From a virus (taxonomy: Duplodnaviria; Heunggongvirae; Uroviricota; Caudoviricetes), in the IMG/VR virus record IMGVR_UViG_2917855067_000007: a stretch of 53,826 nucleotides of DNA; one strand, written 5' to 3'. The notes under the pieces are model-generated. The model had not been told where the DNA came from, did no database searches, and saw only the letters and a program-made list of their open reading frames with translations. Of this stretch, positions 1-9,862 are shown piece after piece; within the stretch, counting starts at the first letter, position 1; every line of letters begins with the position of its first letter. The translations under genes were made by a program, and so were the position numbers.

Positions 1-270
1 TTAAAGACTGACCTGACCGATCCGGGCTTCGCCTGTGAACTTATCGCAAAGGCCAAGTACTTTGGCTTCTTCCAGAACGGCGGATATGTCTTCGCTGATA
101 TAGCTGAAAATATCTGGAATCCATAAAAGTGGCAGGCCGTTTATCTCACACTGACGGATCTGTAAATGCATCTGGAATGAAACATTCCTTGCGCGGTTGA
201 GTTTATGGAAGCACTCAAGGCTAAGATATTTTTCAGCACTATTAACAGCAATGGTATTCAAATCAGACAT
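1..270 (-). CDS. hypothetical protein, C-terminus cut by window edge
   Basis: ORF running off the window start; low-GC DNA (~36%); no recognisable domain. Confidence 0.3.
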   Translation of the reverse strand: MSDLNTIAVNSAEKYLSLECFHKLNRARNVSFQMHLQIRQCEINGLPLLWIPDIFSYISEDISAVLEEAKVLGLCDKFTGEARIGQVSL

Positions 271-357
271 ATATTTTCCTTACAGGGGCGTAATTACTCC
301 CCGTTAAAATACGGTTATAATTAAATGTTTTTCAGTTCTTATAAATCGATTATTGTT

Positions 358-765
358 TTAGTCGTCCCACATTTCATAGGGATCATAATCAACCATCTGC
401 ATTCGCATTTCATTAAAAATAATACTAATAATATCCCTGATATATTCAGCCAGTTCTTTTTCAATCCCCTTACTGATATCCTGACTTATCAGCCCGGCAG
501 TCAGGGAAAGCGCATGATAAATATTATCGACATTAAGAAATATAACCTCATCAGCGATTTTTATTTTACTCGACTGAATTGGGGGAATATCCCGCGACCG
601 TTTTTCAAATAAAACAACCAGATTTAATTGCAATAATCGACAATAAAGCCGCTGCTGCTTGATATCATTCATTGCAGGTAATGCATCCGCAAAAAATGAA
701 GCACCGTAAACCAGATCGTAAAAATGGCGGTCAACGTGAAACGGTGTGAGCATAATTTCAGACAT
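358..765 (-). CDS. hypothetical protein, 135 aa
   Basis: ORF in low-GC DNA; start overlaps upstream gene by 8 nt (operon-like); no recognisable domain. Confidence 0.4.
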   Translation of the reverse strand: MSEIMLTPFHVDRHFYDLVYGASFFADALPAMNDIKQQRLYCRLLQLNLVVLFEKRSRDIPPIQSSKIKIADEVIFLNVDNIYHALSLTAGLISQDISKGIEKELAEYIRDIISIIFNEMRMQMVDYDPYEMWDD

Positions 766-1183
766 GATCTACTCCCGCCTTAATACAAGGCTGTTTCAGA
801 TATCTGACAAGTAAATTAATCATGTCATGCAAAAGCCAGCGTAATTGTGTTTCAACGTCCATACGAAGGGAGCGACTAAGCAGCGCATCATTTAAGGCGG
901 TGCAATAGCCCGTCATGATCGTCGCGTCGATCCACTCATCAGGTACGCAGGGAGCAGGAATAGCAGTCGCGGTTAATTGCGCCTGGATATGCGATGGATA
1001 GTCTGTATCACAAAGAGATGAAAGAGAACGCAGGGCAAAAGCCAGACGTCCGCAAAGTGCGACGCGTTCAGTCTCGTCAACACAACTTTCATCCGTTAAC
1101 CGCGCGACAAAATGCCCGCACATCTCGCCAGCCTGAAAGAGATCCATAGACACTGGCAACGGTGAATTAAGCAGATTATGCAT
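758..1183 (-). CDS. hypothetical protein, 141 aa
   Basis: ORF overlapping both neighbours by 8 nt; Cys-rich; no recognisable domain. Confidence 0.4.
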   Translation of the reverse strand: MHNLLNSPLPVSMDLFQAGEMCGHFVARLTDESCVDETERVALCGRLAFALRSLSSLCDTDYPSHIQAQLTATAIPAPCVPDEWIDATIMTGYCTALNDALLSRSLRMDVETQLRWLLHDMINLLVRYLKQPCIKAGVDHV

Positions 1184-1424
1184 ACCGCGCCTCCGTTATC
1201 TGGTCTTTCAGGTCAGCAATTAAGCGGTTAAGCTCTTCCCGGCCATCGTCGTTCAGCGCGTCCAGTCCGTAGTCATAAGCGGCTAGAATAGCGACTTCCA
1301 TTTCACGGGAATCAATTTCAACCACTACTTTTGAACCCGGTTTAATAAAGGCTGGCGGATCGTAACAGTCATCGTGGAACGGGTTAAGCGCCGCCGCTTT
1401 ACGGTTGTCCAGTGGGTTAAACAT
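1176..1424 (-). CDS. hypothetical protein, ~82 aa
   Basis: ATG at 1422-1424 inside the longer ORF-track frame; follows the small gene at 1417-1620. Confidence 0.35.
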   Translation of the reverse strand: MFNPLDNRKAAALNPFHDDCYDPPAFIKPGSKVVVEIDSREMEVAILAAYDYGLDALNDDGREELNRLIADLKDQITEARYA

Positions 1425-1620
1425 GGCGCGCCTCCTGAACCGGCAGACAGCCAGCAAAGCAGAGGATAAAGCGACCGGCCAGCATGGAACGGGCTTCCTG
1501 TTCGCTGTACGCGGTGATTTGTTCGCGGTGTGGTTTGTCCTGCATGTCAGCCCTTGATACCGCAAGAAAGAGAAATACGCGATTTTTAGGGTGAGTTTGG
1601 TTACACTTCGGCTTAGCCAT
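1417..1620 (-). CDS. small regulatory protein, possibly Icd-like cell-division inhibitor of P4-like elements
   Basis: 67 aa ORF with ATG at 1618-1620, first gene of a minus-strand operon next to a divergent RHH gene; family assignment from memory only. Confidence 0.3.
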   Translation of the reverse strand: MAKPKCNQTHPKNRVFLFLAVSRADMQDKPHREQITAYSEQEARSMLAGRFILCFAGCLPVQEARHV

Positions 1621-1807
1621 AGCGTTAGTCCTGTTAACGTGTTGGTCAGAAGCCCGGTTAGTGTCCCCACACTGCCGGGCTTTACTTTACAGGTGTATGT
1701 CACCTTGCAAATCAATCCTACACGTATGGTGAAATACACTTCAAGTCTTTTTTTCTGTTTTTTTAGTTGCGTATACTGAAATACACCTATTCGAGTGGAG
1801 AACAGTA

Positions 1808-1993
1808 ATGGCAACAGGTGCGAAGAATGCAAAATCGCAAATGACCACCGTCAGAATCCCCCATGAGGTTATGGAGGATATAGAACAGTTAAAGGAAACT
1901 GGAGAAAGTACAGCCGGTTTCTTAGTAACTGCGGCAAAGGGTGAGATAAAGCGCCGCCAACGCCGTAAGAAACTGGACACGATAAAGGAATAA
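1808..1993 (+). CDS. ribbon-helix-helix (CopG/Arc-like) DNA-binding protein
   Basis: 61 aa, ATG at 1808 preceded by GGAGAA; basic C-terminus; divergent from the 1417-1620 operon. Confidence 0.45.
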   Translation: MATGAKNAKSQMTTVRIPHEVMEDIEQLKETGESTAGFLVTAAKGEIKRRQRRKKLDTIKE

Positions 1994-2164
1994 CCCCTTT
2001 TACGTCGTGTGGTTATGCTGGTAAGCATCGGTTGTATCCCGGTATAATTCATCGCGTAGAATCATCTTCCTGATAAACCCTCTCATCGTTTCTTGTTCGT
2101 TCCGGTGAGGGGGTTTTCTTTTATCTGGTCAACACTGTCAAAGCTGGCTGTACTGCAGCAGGTT

Positions 2165-3172
2165 TTAAACCAGCGTCACGGCGTTCTCATCGCTGGCCGC
2201 GTAAAGATAGCCATCCCCCAGCGCGTAACCTTCTTCACGTAAATAGCCATGCTCATAAACACCTCGTTGCGGGATATCCTCCGCGCGGTAGTGTTGGCTG
2301 TGTTTCAGCGTCAGGATCTGCAAATTTTTCAGCGTCGTAACAGCCAGGCGCTTACCCGGCATAAACGGCGGGATAAAGGCAAAACGACCGGCGACACTGC
2401 TTGTCAACATATCCCCCGCCGTCAGCGTCAGTGGTTGATCGGCCATGTTGAACAGTTTCAGGCGTTCGCGGGCGGCAAGCTGCGCGCCAACCATCACCAC
2501 AAGGCCCGGATCTTCGCGCTGACCTTCGGGGATTTTTGACGTGATGAGGCAATCAGCCAGATCGTGAACATCGGCAAAATCACCCCCTTTCCCCAGTGCG
2601 AAAGCATCAGAAATAATTTGTGAACCGTTATTGAATGTTTTTGCCAGCGAGTGCCAGCCAATATTGATATCTTCGCCGTTTTTATATTGTTCCGGGTTGG
2701 TATTTTCGGCAATCATCTTGCCGTTAAATCCAATACGGAGCATATCCCGCACCACGGCCTTCTTGAAAAAAATGATCATTTCATTACTGAAATTTTTCGC
2801 GTTTGCCATTACCGCCATTTCTTCATAAGTCAATGAGGCGCAGGAATCCGTTTCTGATAATAAAAAAGGTGTTCCGTTGGTTTTTAGTTTCTTATGAAAG
2901 CGACCTTCCTTTGCACGGCCTGTATAAAGGGAACCATCACCGATGGTGATCGTCGTGCCATCCGCACCGGTAATGTCCAGTAATGAAATATTATCAATCA
3001 GCCAGGACGAGCCTTTAACATCAAGCGTGGAACATCCCCATGCATCCGGAGATGCTTTTTCCGGCTGTGATATGGTGAAATACCCCGTATCTTCGTTTTT
3101 ATATTTAATATTAAAAGACTTAATCAGGTTTTCGTGATACTGCGTTAAATAATCTGGTGTTACATAAGACAT
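2165..3172 (-). CDS. P2-family (GpN-like) major capsid protein homolog
   Basis: 335 aa; conserved blocks GFNGK, GKGGDFADVHDLADC and EDPGLVVMVGAQLAA align to remembered P2 GpN motifs. Confidence 0.6.
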   Translation of the reverse strand: MSYVTPDYLTQYHENLIKSFNIKYKNEDTGYFTISQPEKASPDAWGCSTLDVKGSSWLIDNISLLDITGADGTTITIGDGSLYTGRAKEGRFHKKLKTNGTPFLLSETDSCASLTYEEMAVMANAKNFSNEMIIFFKKAVVRDMLRIGFNGKMIAENTNPEQYKNGEDINIGWHSLAKTFNNGSQIISDAFALGKGGDFADVHDLADCLITSKIPEGQREDPGLVVMVGAQLAARERLKLFNMADQPLTLTAGDMLTSSVAGRFAFIPPFMPGKRLAVTTLKNLQILTLKHSQHYRAEDIPQRGVYEHGYLREEGYALGDGYLYAASDENAVTLV

Positions 3173-3181
3173 AATTCTTCC

Positions 3182-4054
3182 TTAGTTGATATTTCTTTCT
3201 AATGTGAGTCGTTGCGCGCGCTGCTGGTGACGGATCGGCAACATATAATTTAAATATTCATCTGCACTCATCACCGTATGAATAAAGGCCATTTCAGAGC
3301 TGTAATAATCGCGTGATATTTCGGCGCGTTCCCGCTTATCTTCATTAAGAGGGTTAACAAAACGGGGATTAATGCTTCCTTCCGGGCGATATGTGCAGTT
3401 GTTCACCACCTTGTTAAGGGCAATCTCCAGTTTATCCATTTTCTGCCAGGCAAGGTCAGCACACTCAATTTCAGAAATCGCCTTTTTGAATGCCTTAGCA
3501 TCGAGGGATGACTTAGGCAGGGAACGGCGCAGATCGAGCAGTTCCACATCTTCCACGGCCAACAACACATCAATAACCGGCGCGAGCAATGCCAGAATGT
3601 TTTGTCTGATGGATAACTCTTCCTGCTGTGCCTTGACTTGATTTTTAATTGCTGCGTGATGCAGTCTGAATCTTTCATCTTCTAGTGATTTACGGGCCTG
3701 CTGTGCTTCTTTAATCGTCTGCGGCGCAGGAATTACAGCCGGGCTTGGCAGACGCTGCAATTCTGCTTCAAGTGCCGCCAGCTTTTCCCGTTCAGACTGG
3801 CAAAGTTCATGCCCTTTATTAACCAGTGTAAACAGTTCCTCTTTAGTCGCCGGAATGTCTACGCTTTCCCCGGAAATAGATTTATATTCGTGGGTAAGGT
3901 GCATCATTTTATTCAGGCGATAAAGTTCAATAACGCGCATTTCATACAAACCACGGTGACAACCGTCATAAGGCTGAATAAATGCCGTGTTATTAATGAC
4001 AGCAAGATCCGCATCACGATATACGCGATGGCTGATAATATCAGTAATGTTCAT
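3182..4054 (-). CDS. coiled-coil protein, putative capsid scaffold
   Basis: 290 aa immediately upstream of the capsid homolog; central helical region; no protease motif recognised, so GpO homology is not claimed. Confidence 0.35.
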   Translation of the reverse strand: MNITDIISHRVYRDADLAVINNTAFIQPYDGCHRGLYEMRVIELYRLNKMMHLTHEYKSISGESVDIPATKEELFTLVNKGHELCQSEREKLAALEAELQRLPSPAVIPAPQTIKEAQQARKSLEDERFRLHHAAIKNQVKAQQEELSIRQNILALLAPVIDVLLAVEDVELLDLRRSLPKSSLDAKAFKKAISEIECADLAWQKMDKLEIALNKVVNNCTYRPEGSINPRFVNPLNEDKRERAEISRDYYSSEMAFIHTVMSADEYLNYMLPIRHQQRAQRLTLERNIN

Positions 4055-4253
4055 TTAATTTTCCGTAAATTTTCGCCAGCAACAAATATATTAAACACTG
4101 CATAAACCGGCATTGCCTGGTATTTTGTAACCACTTAACCTAATACTGAATAAATACTGCCAACTCCCCATGCTACGAGTATTTACAACAAAAAGAATAC
4201 ACAAAATCCTTAGCATTCAAATAAATCATATTCATCTCTGAATAAAATCAGAT

Positions 4254-4493
4254 TTACACTTTGCGCTCTTTGATTTTGTTGTCGATCCAGTCGCTGATCT
4301 CACCCTCAACCCATGCGACAGAACGCGGGCCGGTTTTAATCGGCTTTGGAAAGACATTTGCATTGATATCTTTATAAATACTGGCGCGACACCGCCCCGT
4401 AAGCATCATAACTTCAGGCAGGCGGATCAATCTTTTTCCTTGGTTTAAAAGCTGCATTGCATCATTTCTCATATTCACACCCGCTATTAACAT
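4254..4493 (-). CDS. alpA: AlpA-family transcriptional regulator
   Basis: 79 aa; core LIRLPEVMMLTGRCRASIYKD...FPKPIK...GPRSVAWVEGEI matches the AlpA HTH family. Confidence 0.7.
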   Translation of the reverse strand: MLIAGVNMRNDAMQLLNQGKRLIRLPEVMMLTGRCRASIYKDINANVFPKPIKTGPRSVAWVEGEISDWIDNKIKERKV

Positions 4494-5042
4494 TCAAACG
4501 TTATGTAATATCTTTCTATATACAGACATTGACTTTATAGGATGCCTGTAGATTGGATGAAGTCATTGTTATTCACGCCATAAGTGCATGTCAAAAAGAT
4601 GTATGTGGGATGTGGGGCTTGACTTTTAGTTAAGTCAATTTAAGCCTCAGGAAGACTCTAGAAGCCTCTGAAAGGATTTATGGTTTGAGTGAAATCAATT
4701 AGCCAGATATAAAGACACTAAAAATCAAACAAACAACAACAAAAATGAAATAAAAATAAAACACAATAAAAACAGATTTTAGCAAAAAGTGCCAACTATA
4801 TAATGTTAATTCCTATAAATAAGATTTTTATAAATTAACACCATAAAAACAACAATCAAGAGCACAATTAATAATCAAAAAAAGAAATATTTCATATTAA
4901 TCAATAGATTAGTAATCTTGGTGTTTTTTATAAAATTTCCAAAATCATAATTCATTGAAAATGATAATAAAAAGTTTAAGCGTGGATGCTGAGTGTCCAC
5001 GCCTAACATCTAATTTAGCGGTATTCCCGTCTTAGACCTTCT

Positions 5043-6233
5043 CTAATCTTTTACCCTGCCACTCGCCAGCGATTCCATATAGTCGGCATACCATTGAAGC
5101 ATTTCCCGGCGTCCATCCAGATAGCGGGCATGATTATATGTGCCACGGATGGTATTTTTATCAACATGTGCAAGCTGGGTTTCGATCCATTCGGTGTTAT
5201 ACCCTTTCTCATACAAAATTGTGCTCATGGTATGTCGGAAACCATGCCCGCAAGCTTTGCCCTTATACCCGAGTCGCTTTATTAGCTGATTAATTGCTCC
5301 TTCACTCATTGGCTTTCGCGGGTCGTTCCGGCCCGGAAAAATGAAAGGATTGCGGCCCGACAACTCTTTTAATTGCCCGAGAATAACCATAGCCTGGCGA
5401 GAAAGCGGGACAACGTGCGGACGTCTTTTCTTCATTCGCTCTTTGGGGATCTCCCACAAGGCATTATCAAAATCAATCTCTGACCACGGGGCCGCGCGTA
5501 ATTCAACCGGACGTAACCCCACAAGAATAAGCAGACGCAGCCCCAAAATAACCTGAACGTTACTTTTTGCCGTCGCCAGCGTCTGGAAAAATTCGGGTAA
5601 CTCTTCGGCTTCCAGATGGGGGAAGTGCTCCCCTTCGTGTCCTTCCATAGCCACAGATAGATCAGGGGCGGGGTTATATTCTGCGCGGGCGGTAACGATC
5701 GCATACTTCCAGACCTCCCCGCACCACTGGCGAACCTTACGGGCCTTTTCAGTCGCTCCCCTATTCTCGATGCGTTTAAGCGTATTCAGCAAATCAAGGG
5801 GCTTTATTTCCGTGATGGGGCGTTTTCCAATCCAAGGGAATATGTCTTTACTGAATGCTTCCAGAATGTCCGAGGCGTACCCCTCAGACCATTTCTTCTG
5901 CCGTTCTGTATGCCACTCTCTGGCGATTTCTTCGAAGGTGTTTTTGATTTGCGCTTCGCGGTTCAATTTTTCTTCCCGCTTCGCTTCGTTCGGGTCGATC
6001 CCCCCAGCCATACCCCTTTTGGCCTCATCTCGTTTCGCCCTGGCATCAGCCAGGGTTACATCGGGATATACCCCCAGCGCCAACAGCTTTTCTTTTCCGG
6101 CTACCCGGTACTTTAAACGCCAGTACCGGGAACCATTGGGATTAACAAGCAGATAAAGCCCACCACCATCGGCCAGTTTATAGGGTTTTTCTTTCGGTTT
6201 GGCCGTATCGACCTGACGGGCATTTAGTTTCAT
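5043..6233 (-). CDS. int: tyrosine integrase, P4-type
   Basis: ATG at 6231-6233 (MKLNARQVDTAKPKEKPYKLADGGGLYLLV); C-terminal R/H/Y catalytic region (HGFRHT); 140 bp from the att repeat. Confidence 0.85.
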   Translation of the reverse strand: MKLNARQVDTAKPKEKPYKLADGGGLYLLVNPNGSRYWRLKYRVAGKEKLLALGVYPDVTLADARAKRDEAKRGMAGGIDPNEAKREEKLNREAQIKNTFEEIAREWHTERQKKWSEGYASDILEAFSKDIFPWIGKRPITEIKPLDLLNTLKRIENRGATEKARKVRQWCGEVWKYAIVTARAEYNPAPDLSVAMEGHEGEHFPHLEAEELPEFFQTLATAKSNVQVILGLRLLILVGLRPVELRAAPWSEIDFDNALWEIPKERMKKRRPHVVPLSRQAMVILGQLKELSGRNPFIFPGRNDPRKPMSEGAINQLIKRLGYKGKACGHGFRHTMSTILYEKGYNTEWIETQLAHVDKNTIRGTYNHARYLDGRREMLQWYADYMESLASGRVKD

Positions 6234-6395
6234 TTGGGGGTATCTCCAGTAGCCCACACAGCATATACCCCCGAATATCCCCCCAAAAGACGTGGATTTT
6301 AGGAGATATTGATAGACGTTAAAACACTATCGGGGGCGCTCAAAGCTAGAGTATATGCGGGTTTGTTGGATTTTAATAGACGGGAAAAGACGTTG

Positions 6396-6444
6396 AAATG
6401 GTGCCGATAATAGGAGTCGAACCTACGACCTTCGCATTACGAAT
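6396..6444. repeat. attL core: 49 bp copy of the thrW 3' end
   Basis: identical to 52380-52428 by direct comparison. Confidence 0.85.
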
Positions 6445-6825
6445 TATAAGAATCCACTTCTAATTCAAAGCATTACCACATCAACACTGCGCTCACACGT
6501 CCCACCACGTCAAAACATGTAAAGCCTTGCAAGCCATTGCGAGGCCTTATGTGTCTCAGTTTTGTCCCACCTTGTATTATGACTTGCATAGCCAATGAAG
6601 ATAAACGTGACGACAAACGGCGCAGCAGTCTTCTTTTCTTTCACACTTTCCCACCCAGCATGCATACCTTTCTGTCATAACTGAAGTGAATGTCTGTTAT
6701 GAGTTATGAGCTGTAAGTTCAACGGGTCGATGCAACACTATCCTTAATCAAGGGGGGGAGACTGCCATGAAACGAAGAACACGAATTAAATCCAGTGTGT
6801 CTACCGACCCCGGTATGTTAAGGCA

Positions 6826-7155
6826 TTAGCGTTTTCTGATTTCAGTGATGTAGGTAATGGCAGCATGTTCAACAAAATTGGACACGTCGTCATAGGCTTC
6901 TTTACCGACGGGCGAATTGAATGCCGCAATAGCGTCTTCAAGCGAGTCGAACCACAGTTCGGAGAAACCGTCGACGGGGGAATCGGGATATTTTTCCCGA
7001 TCGATGGGGTTGAGTACATAACCTCTTAAGCCGGGGAGTCTGAGCGCTATCGCTGTATGTACCTCATCCCAGTATTTAACAAAATCGTCGAAGCTCTGTC
7101 CTTTTTTACGGGTAAGAAAGCCCACATGTTTGAAGCCGTTAGCAGGTGACATCAT
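6826..7155 (-). CDS. EthD-family protein
   Basis: 109 aa; EthD-like motifs; divergent from the LysR gene. Confidence 0.5.
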   Translation of the reverse strand: MMSPANGFKHVGFLTRKKGQSFDDFVKYWDEVHTAIALRLPGLRGYVLNPIDREKYPDSPVDGFSELWFDSLEDAIAAFNSPVGKEAYDDVSNFVEHAAITYITEIRKR

Positions 7156-7380
7156 ATTTTCCTCTGTATTAATTCATGTTTTTGTAAAACTGGCCGGCGC
7201 AATCCGGCATCGTCTTGCAACTTCGATGAAGCGTAATAGAGAAGGTGAATATGGCTGTTTTTCTTCGTGCGATAAAGACGCTTTCAATCGTCTCTGAGTA
7301 GACATAGATTCTACAAATGGTTTTCAATTTATTGTAAAATGAATCTATATATACAGAGCTAATAACTCTCACAGGCAATT

Positions 7381-8292
7381 ATGAGAAGAACAGATCATCT
7401 ACGTGGAATTACGGCTTTTATTGCCACAGCCCAGCAGGGGAGTTTTACGGCAGCAGCGGAAAAGCTGGGACTGACAAAGTCGGCCGTAGGAAAAAGCGTC
7501 AGTCGCCTGGAAGACCGCCTCGGGCTGAAGCTTTTTCAACGTTCCACCCGGCGGTTGAGCCTGACGCCGGATGGTGAGCGTTTTCTTACCAGCTGCCAGA
7601 GCGCAATAGATATCCTGGAGCAGGCAGAGGCGGAACTGACGTCACATACCTGCCAGCCATCCGGGCGCCTGCGGGTAGATTTACCCGCAGCCTTCGGACG
7701 ACAGCGCATCCTTCCTATCCTGCTTGATATCACCCGACGCTACCCCGAACTGGCATTGACCGTTACGTTCAGCGAGCGGTTCGTTGACCTGATTGATGAG
7801 GGGCTCGATCTTGTCGTTCGCATTGGTGAGCTGTCAGACAGCAGCGGACTGGTTGCCAGAAGGTTGACAACCCAGAAGCTGGTGATCTGCGCCTCTCCAG
7901 ATTATCTGTTCAACCACGGAGAGCCTGTCAGTATCGATGACCTGAATCACCATCAGTGCGTTGTCGGCTTTCGCCGTAACCAGCCTGTTTCGTGGTTGCT
8001 GAAAGAGGGGGGTGGTCAAATCAGCCGCTTTGTCCCTCCGCCGACCCATGAGTTTGCCGACGGCGACGCAATGCTCGCAGCTACCCTGGCTGGAGGGGGA
8101 TTGTCCCAACTCCCCCTCTGGTTGGTGGGCAGATATCTCGACGAGGGTAAATTGCGGGAAGTGCTGCCCGGACACTCCGGCGGGGAGATGCCTATCAGCG
8201 CGCTGTGGCCAAAAAGCCGCCAGCTACTCCCCAAAATCCGCTATGTAGTGGATACCCTGGTCAGAGCTGCGGAAGACGGCCTGCTTGATTAA
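7381..8292 (+). CDS. LysR-family transcriptional regulator
   Basis: 303 aa; N-terminal HTH (ITAFIATAQQGSFTAAAEKLGLTKSAVGKSVSRLE) and LysR substrate-binding domain. Confidence 0.85.
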   Translation: MRRTDHLRGITAFIATAQQGSFTAAAEKLGLTKSAVGKSVSRLEDRLGLKLFQRSTRRLSLTPDGERFLTSCQSAIDILEQAEAELTSHTCQPSGRLRVDLPAAFGRQRILPILLDITRRYPELALTVTFSERFVDLIDEGLDLVVRIGELSDSSGLVARRLTTQKLVICASPDYLFNHGEPVSIDDLNHHQCVVGFRRNQPVSWLLKEGGGQISRFVPPPTHEFADGDAMLAATLAGGGLSQLPLWLVGRYLDEGKLREVLPGHSGGEMPISALWPKSRQLLPKIRYVVDTLVRAAEDGLLD

Positions 8293-9402
8293 TTATTCCC
8301 TGCTATCGGACCAGAAGGGGTAATCCGTATAGCCTTTTTCATCTCCGCCATACATCGTTGCCCGGTTAACGTCATTCAACGGCCAGTCGTTAACCATACG
8401 TTCCACAAGATCCGGGTTCGCAATGTAAGGCCGACCAAAACCAATCAGGTCAGCCTTCCCCTCCTGGAGATACGCTTCGGCACGCTGCTTATCAAAGCCA
8501 CCGGCAATAATCAAAGGCCCGGAATAGGCTGCACGAAATTTTTCAATAAACCCGGCAGGGATGGCCTGTTCTCCCAGTGTTTGCTGGTCGCTCAGATGAA
8601 CATACGAGAGAGAACGGGCGCTGAGTTTATCTGCAAGCATCAGCCAGGTTTCTTCCTCGCCATCAAAAGGATGCATGTCAAACAGACGCCCGAAAGGAGC
8701 CAGACGTATACCTGTTTTACCTGAGCCGATGGCCGTAGAGATTGCGTCAGTCACTTCCAGAACAAAGCGCAGGCGATTGTCAGTATCCGCGCCACCGTAC
8801 TCATCCTGACGAGTATTCAGCCCACCATTAATAAACTGCTCAAGCAGATAGCCATTGGCGGCGTGGATCTCAACACCATCAAAGCCCGCACGGACAGCAT
8901 TTTTAGCGGCCTGAACGTAATCCTGCACCACGGTTTTAATCTCGGGGATCGACAGCGCACGGGGTTCCGATACCGGAACCGGACCGGGTTTGCCGTTTTC
9001 GTCGCGTGCGTAACAGGTGGAATTATTGGCTTTAACCGCTACCGAACTAACGGGGGCCTGCCCATTAGCCTGCAAACTTGTGTGAGAAATTCGGCCGACG
9101 TGCCAAAGCTGAATATAAATTTTTCCGCCAGCGTCGTGCACCGCTTTTGTAACTTTTCCCCATCCCTGCACCTGAGCATCGCTGTAGATTCCTGGAGTGA
9201 AAAGATAACCCTGTCCCTGGACGGAGATTTGCGATCCCTCCGTAATAATGAGCCCTGCGGATGCGCGCTGCTGATAATATTTTGCGGTCAGCCCATCTGG
9301 AGTATCGCCTGATATTGCCCGTGAACGGGTCATTGGTGCCATAACGACGCGATTTGCCAAATCGGTGTCACCGGCCTGAAATGGGGTAAATAATTTTTCC
9401 AT
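8293..9402 (-). CDS. NADH:flavin oxidoreductase, Old Yellow Enzyme family (NemA-like alkene reductase)
   Basis: ATG at 9400-9402 with AAGGAGA upstream; OYE TIM-barrel motifs. Confidence 0.85.
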   Translation of the reverse strand: MEKLFTPFQAGDTDLANRVVMAPMTRSRAISGDTPDGLTAKYYQQRASAGLIITEGSQISVQGQGYLFTPGIYSDAQVQGWGKVTKAVHDAGGKIYIQLWHVGRISHTSLQANGQAPVSSVAVKANNSTCYARDENGKPGPVPVSEPRALSIPEIKTVVQDYVQAAKNAVRAGFDGVEIHAANGYLLEQFINGGLNTRQDEYGGADTDNRLRFVLEVTDAISTAIGSGKTGIRLAPFGRLFDMHPFDGEEETWLMLADKLSARSLSYVHLSDQQTLGEQAIPAGFIEKFRAAYSGPLIIAGGFDKQRAEAYLQEGKADLIGFGRPYIANPDLVERMVNDWPLNDVNRATMYGGDEKGYTDYPFWSDSRE

Positions 9403-9782
9403 TTTTATCTCCTTTACTGAAGGAAATATGATGGTCCCAACGATGTAATAAAAAAACACTACTCTGGTCCGAACAGAGTAGACATAATTTCTACATTTAG
9501 TGTTCTCTCGGTATTAAGTCGTCATATTTTGGTTTTTAGGTGATGTCTCACGTAGAGATAAAGCCTGCCGTAAAATTGATGAAGACTCAGTATGTCCGCT
9601 TCTGGCACACAAGCGACATCCAAGCCTCTCCGGCCAGGGCATGAAGGGGCGCCAGTTCATAGACGGTGCAGTGATTCTGTCCAGTGCTGGCATTCCGCAA
9701 GCTGCAGCTGCGCGGCAAGCCTGAAACTTTACGCTCGATGCGCCGGTGAACACGGCCCGTAGCTGGCATCTTTACACATAAC

Positions 9783-9862
9783 CAGTACTGTAAAAGTCCC
9801 GTAATACCGTGTCGCCCGGACATTTTATGTACCGTTTGGCCGCTACCATTCAGTACTTTCAC
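9783..9862. repeat. ~80 bp direct repeat, copy 1
   Basis: near-identical to 10172-10251; begins with palindrome CAGTACTG and ends cagtact. Confidence 0.6.

Larger units (their letters stand above)
1..6395. mobile_element. satellite-like or remnant island with P4-type integrase, truncated by window
   Basis: integrase beside the tRNA-derived repeat, AlpA, capsid homolog, AT-rich intergenic DNA; far boundary not in window. Confidence 0.5.
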
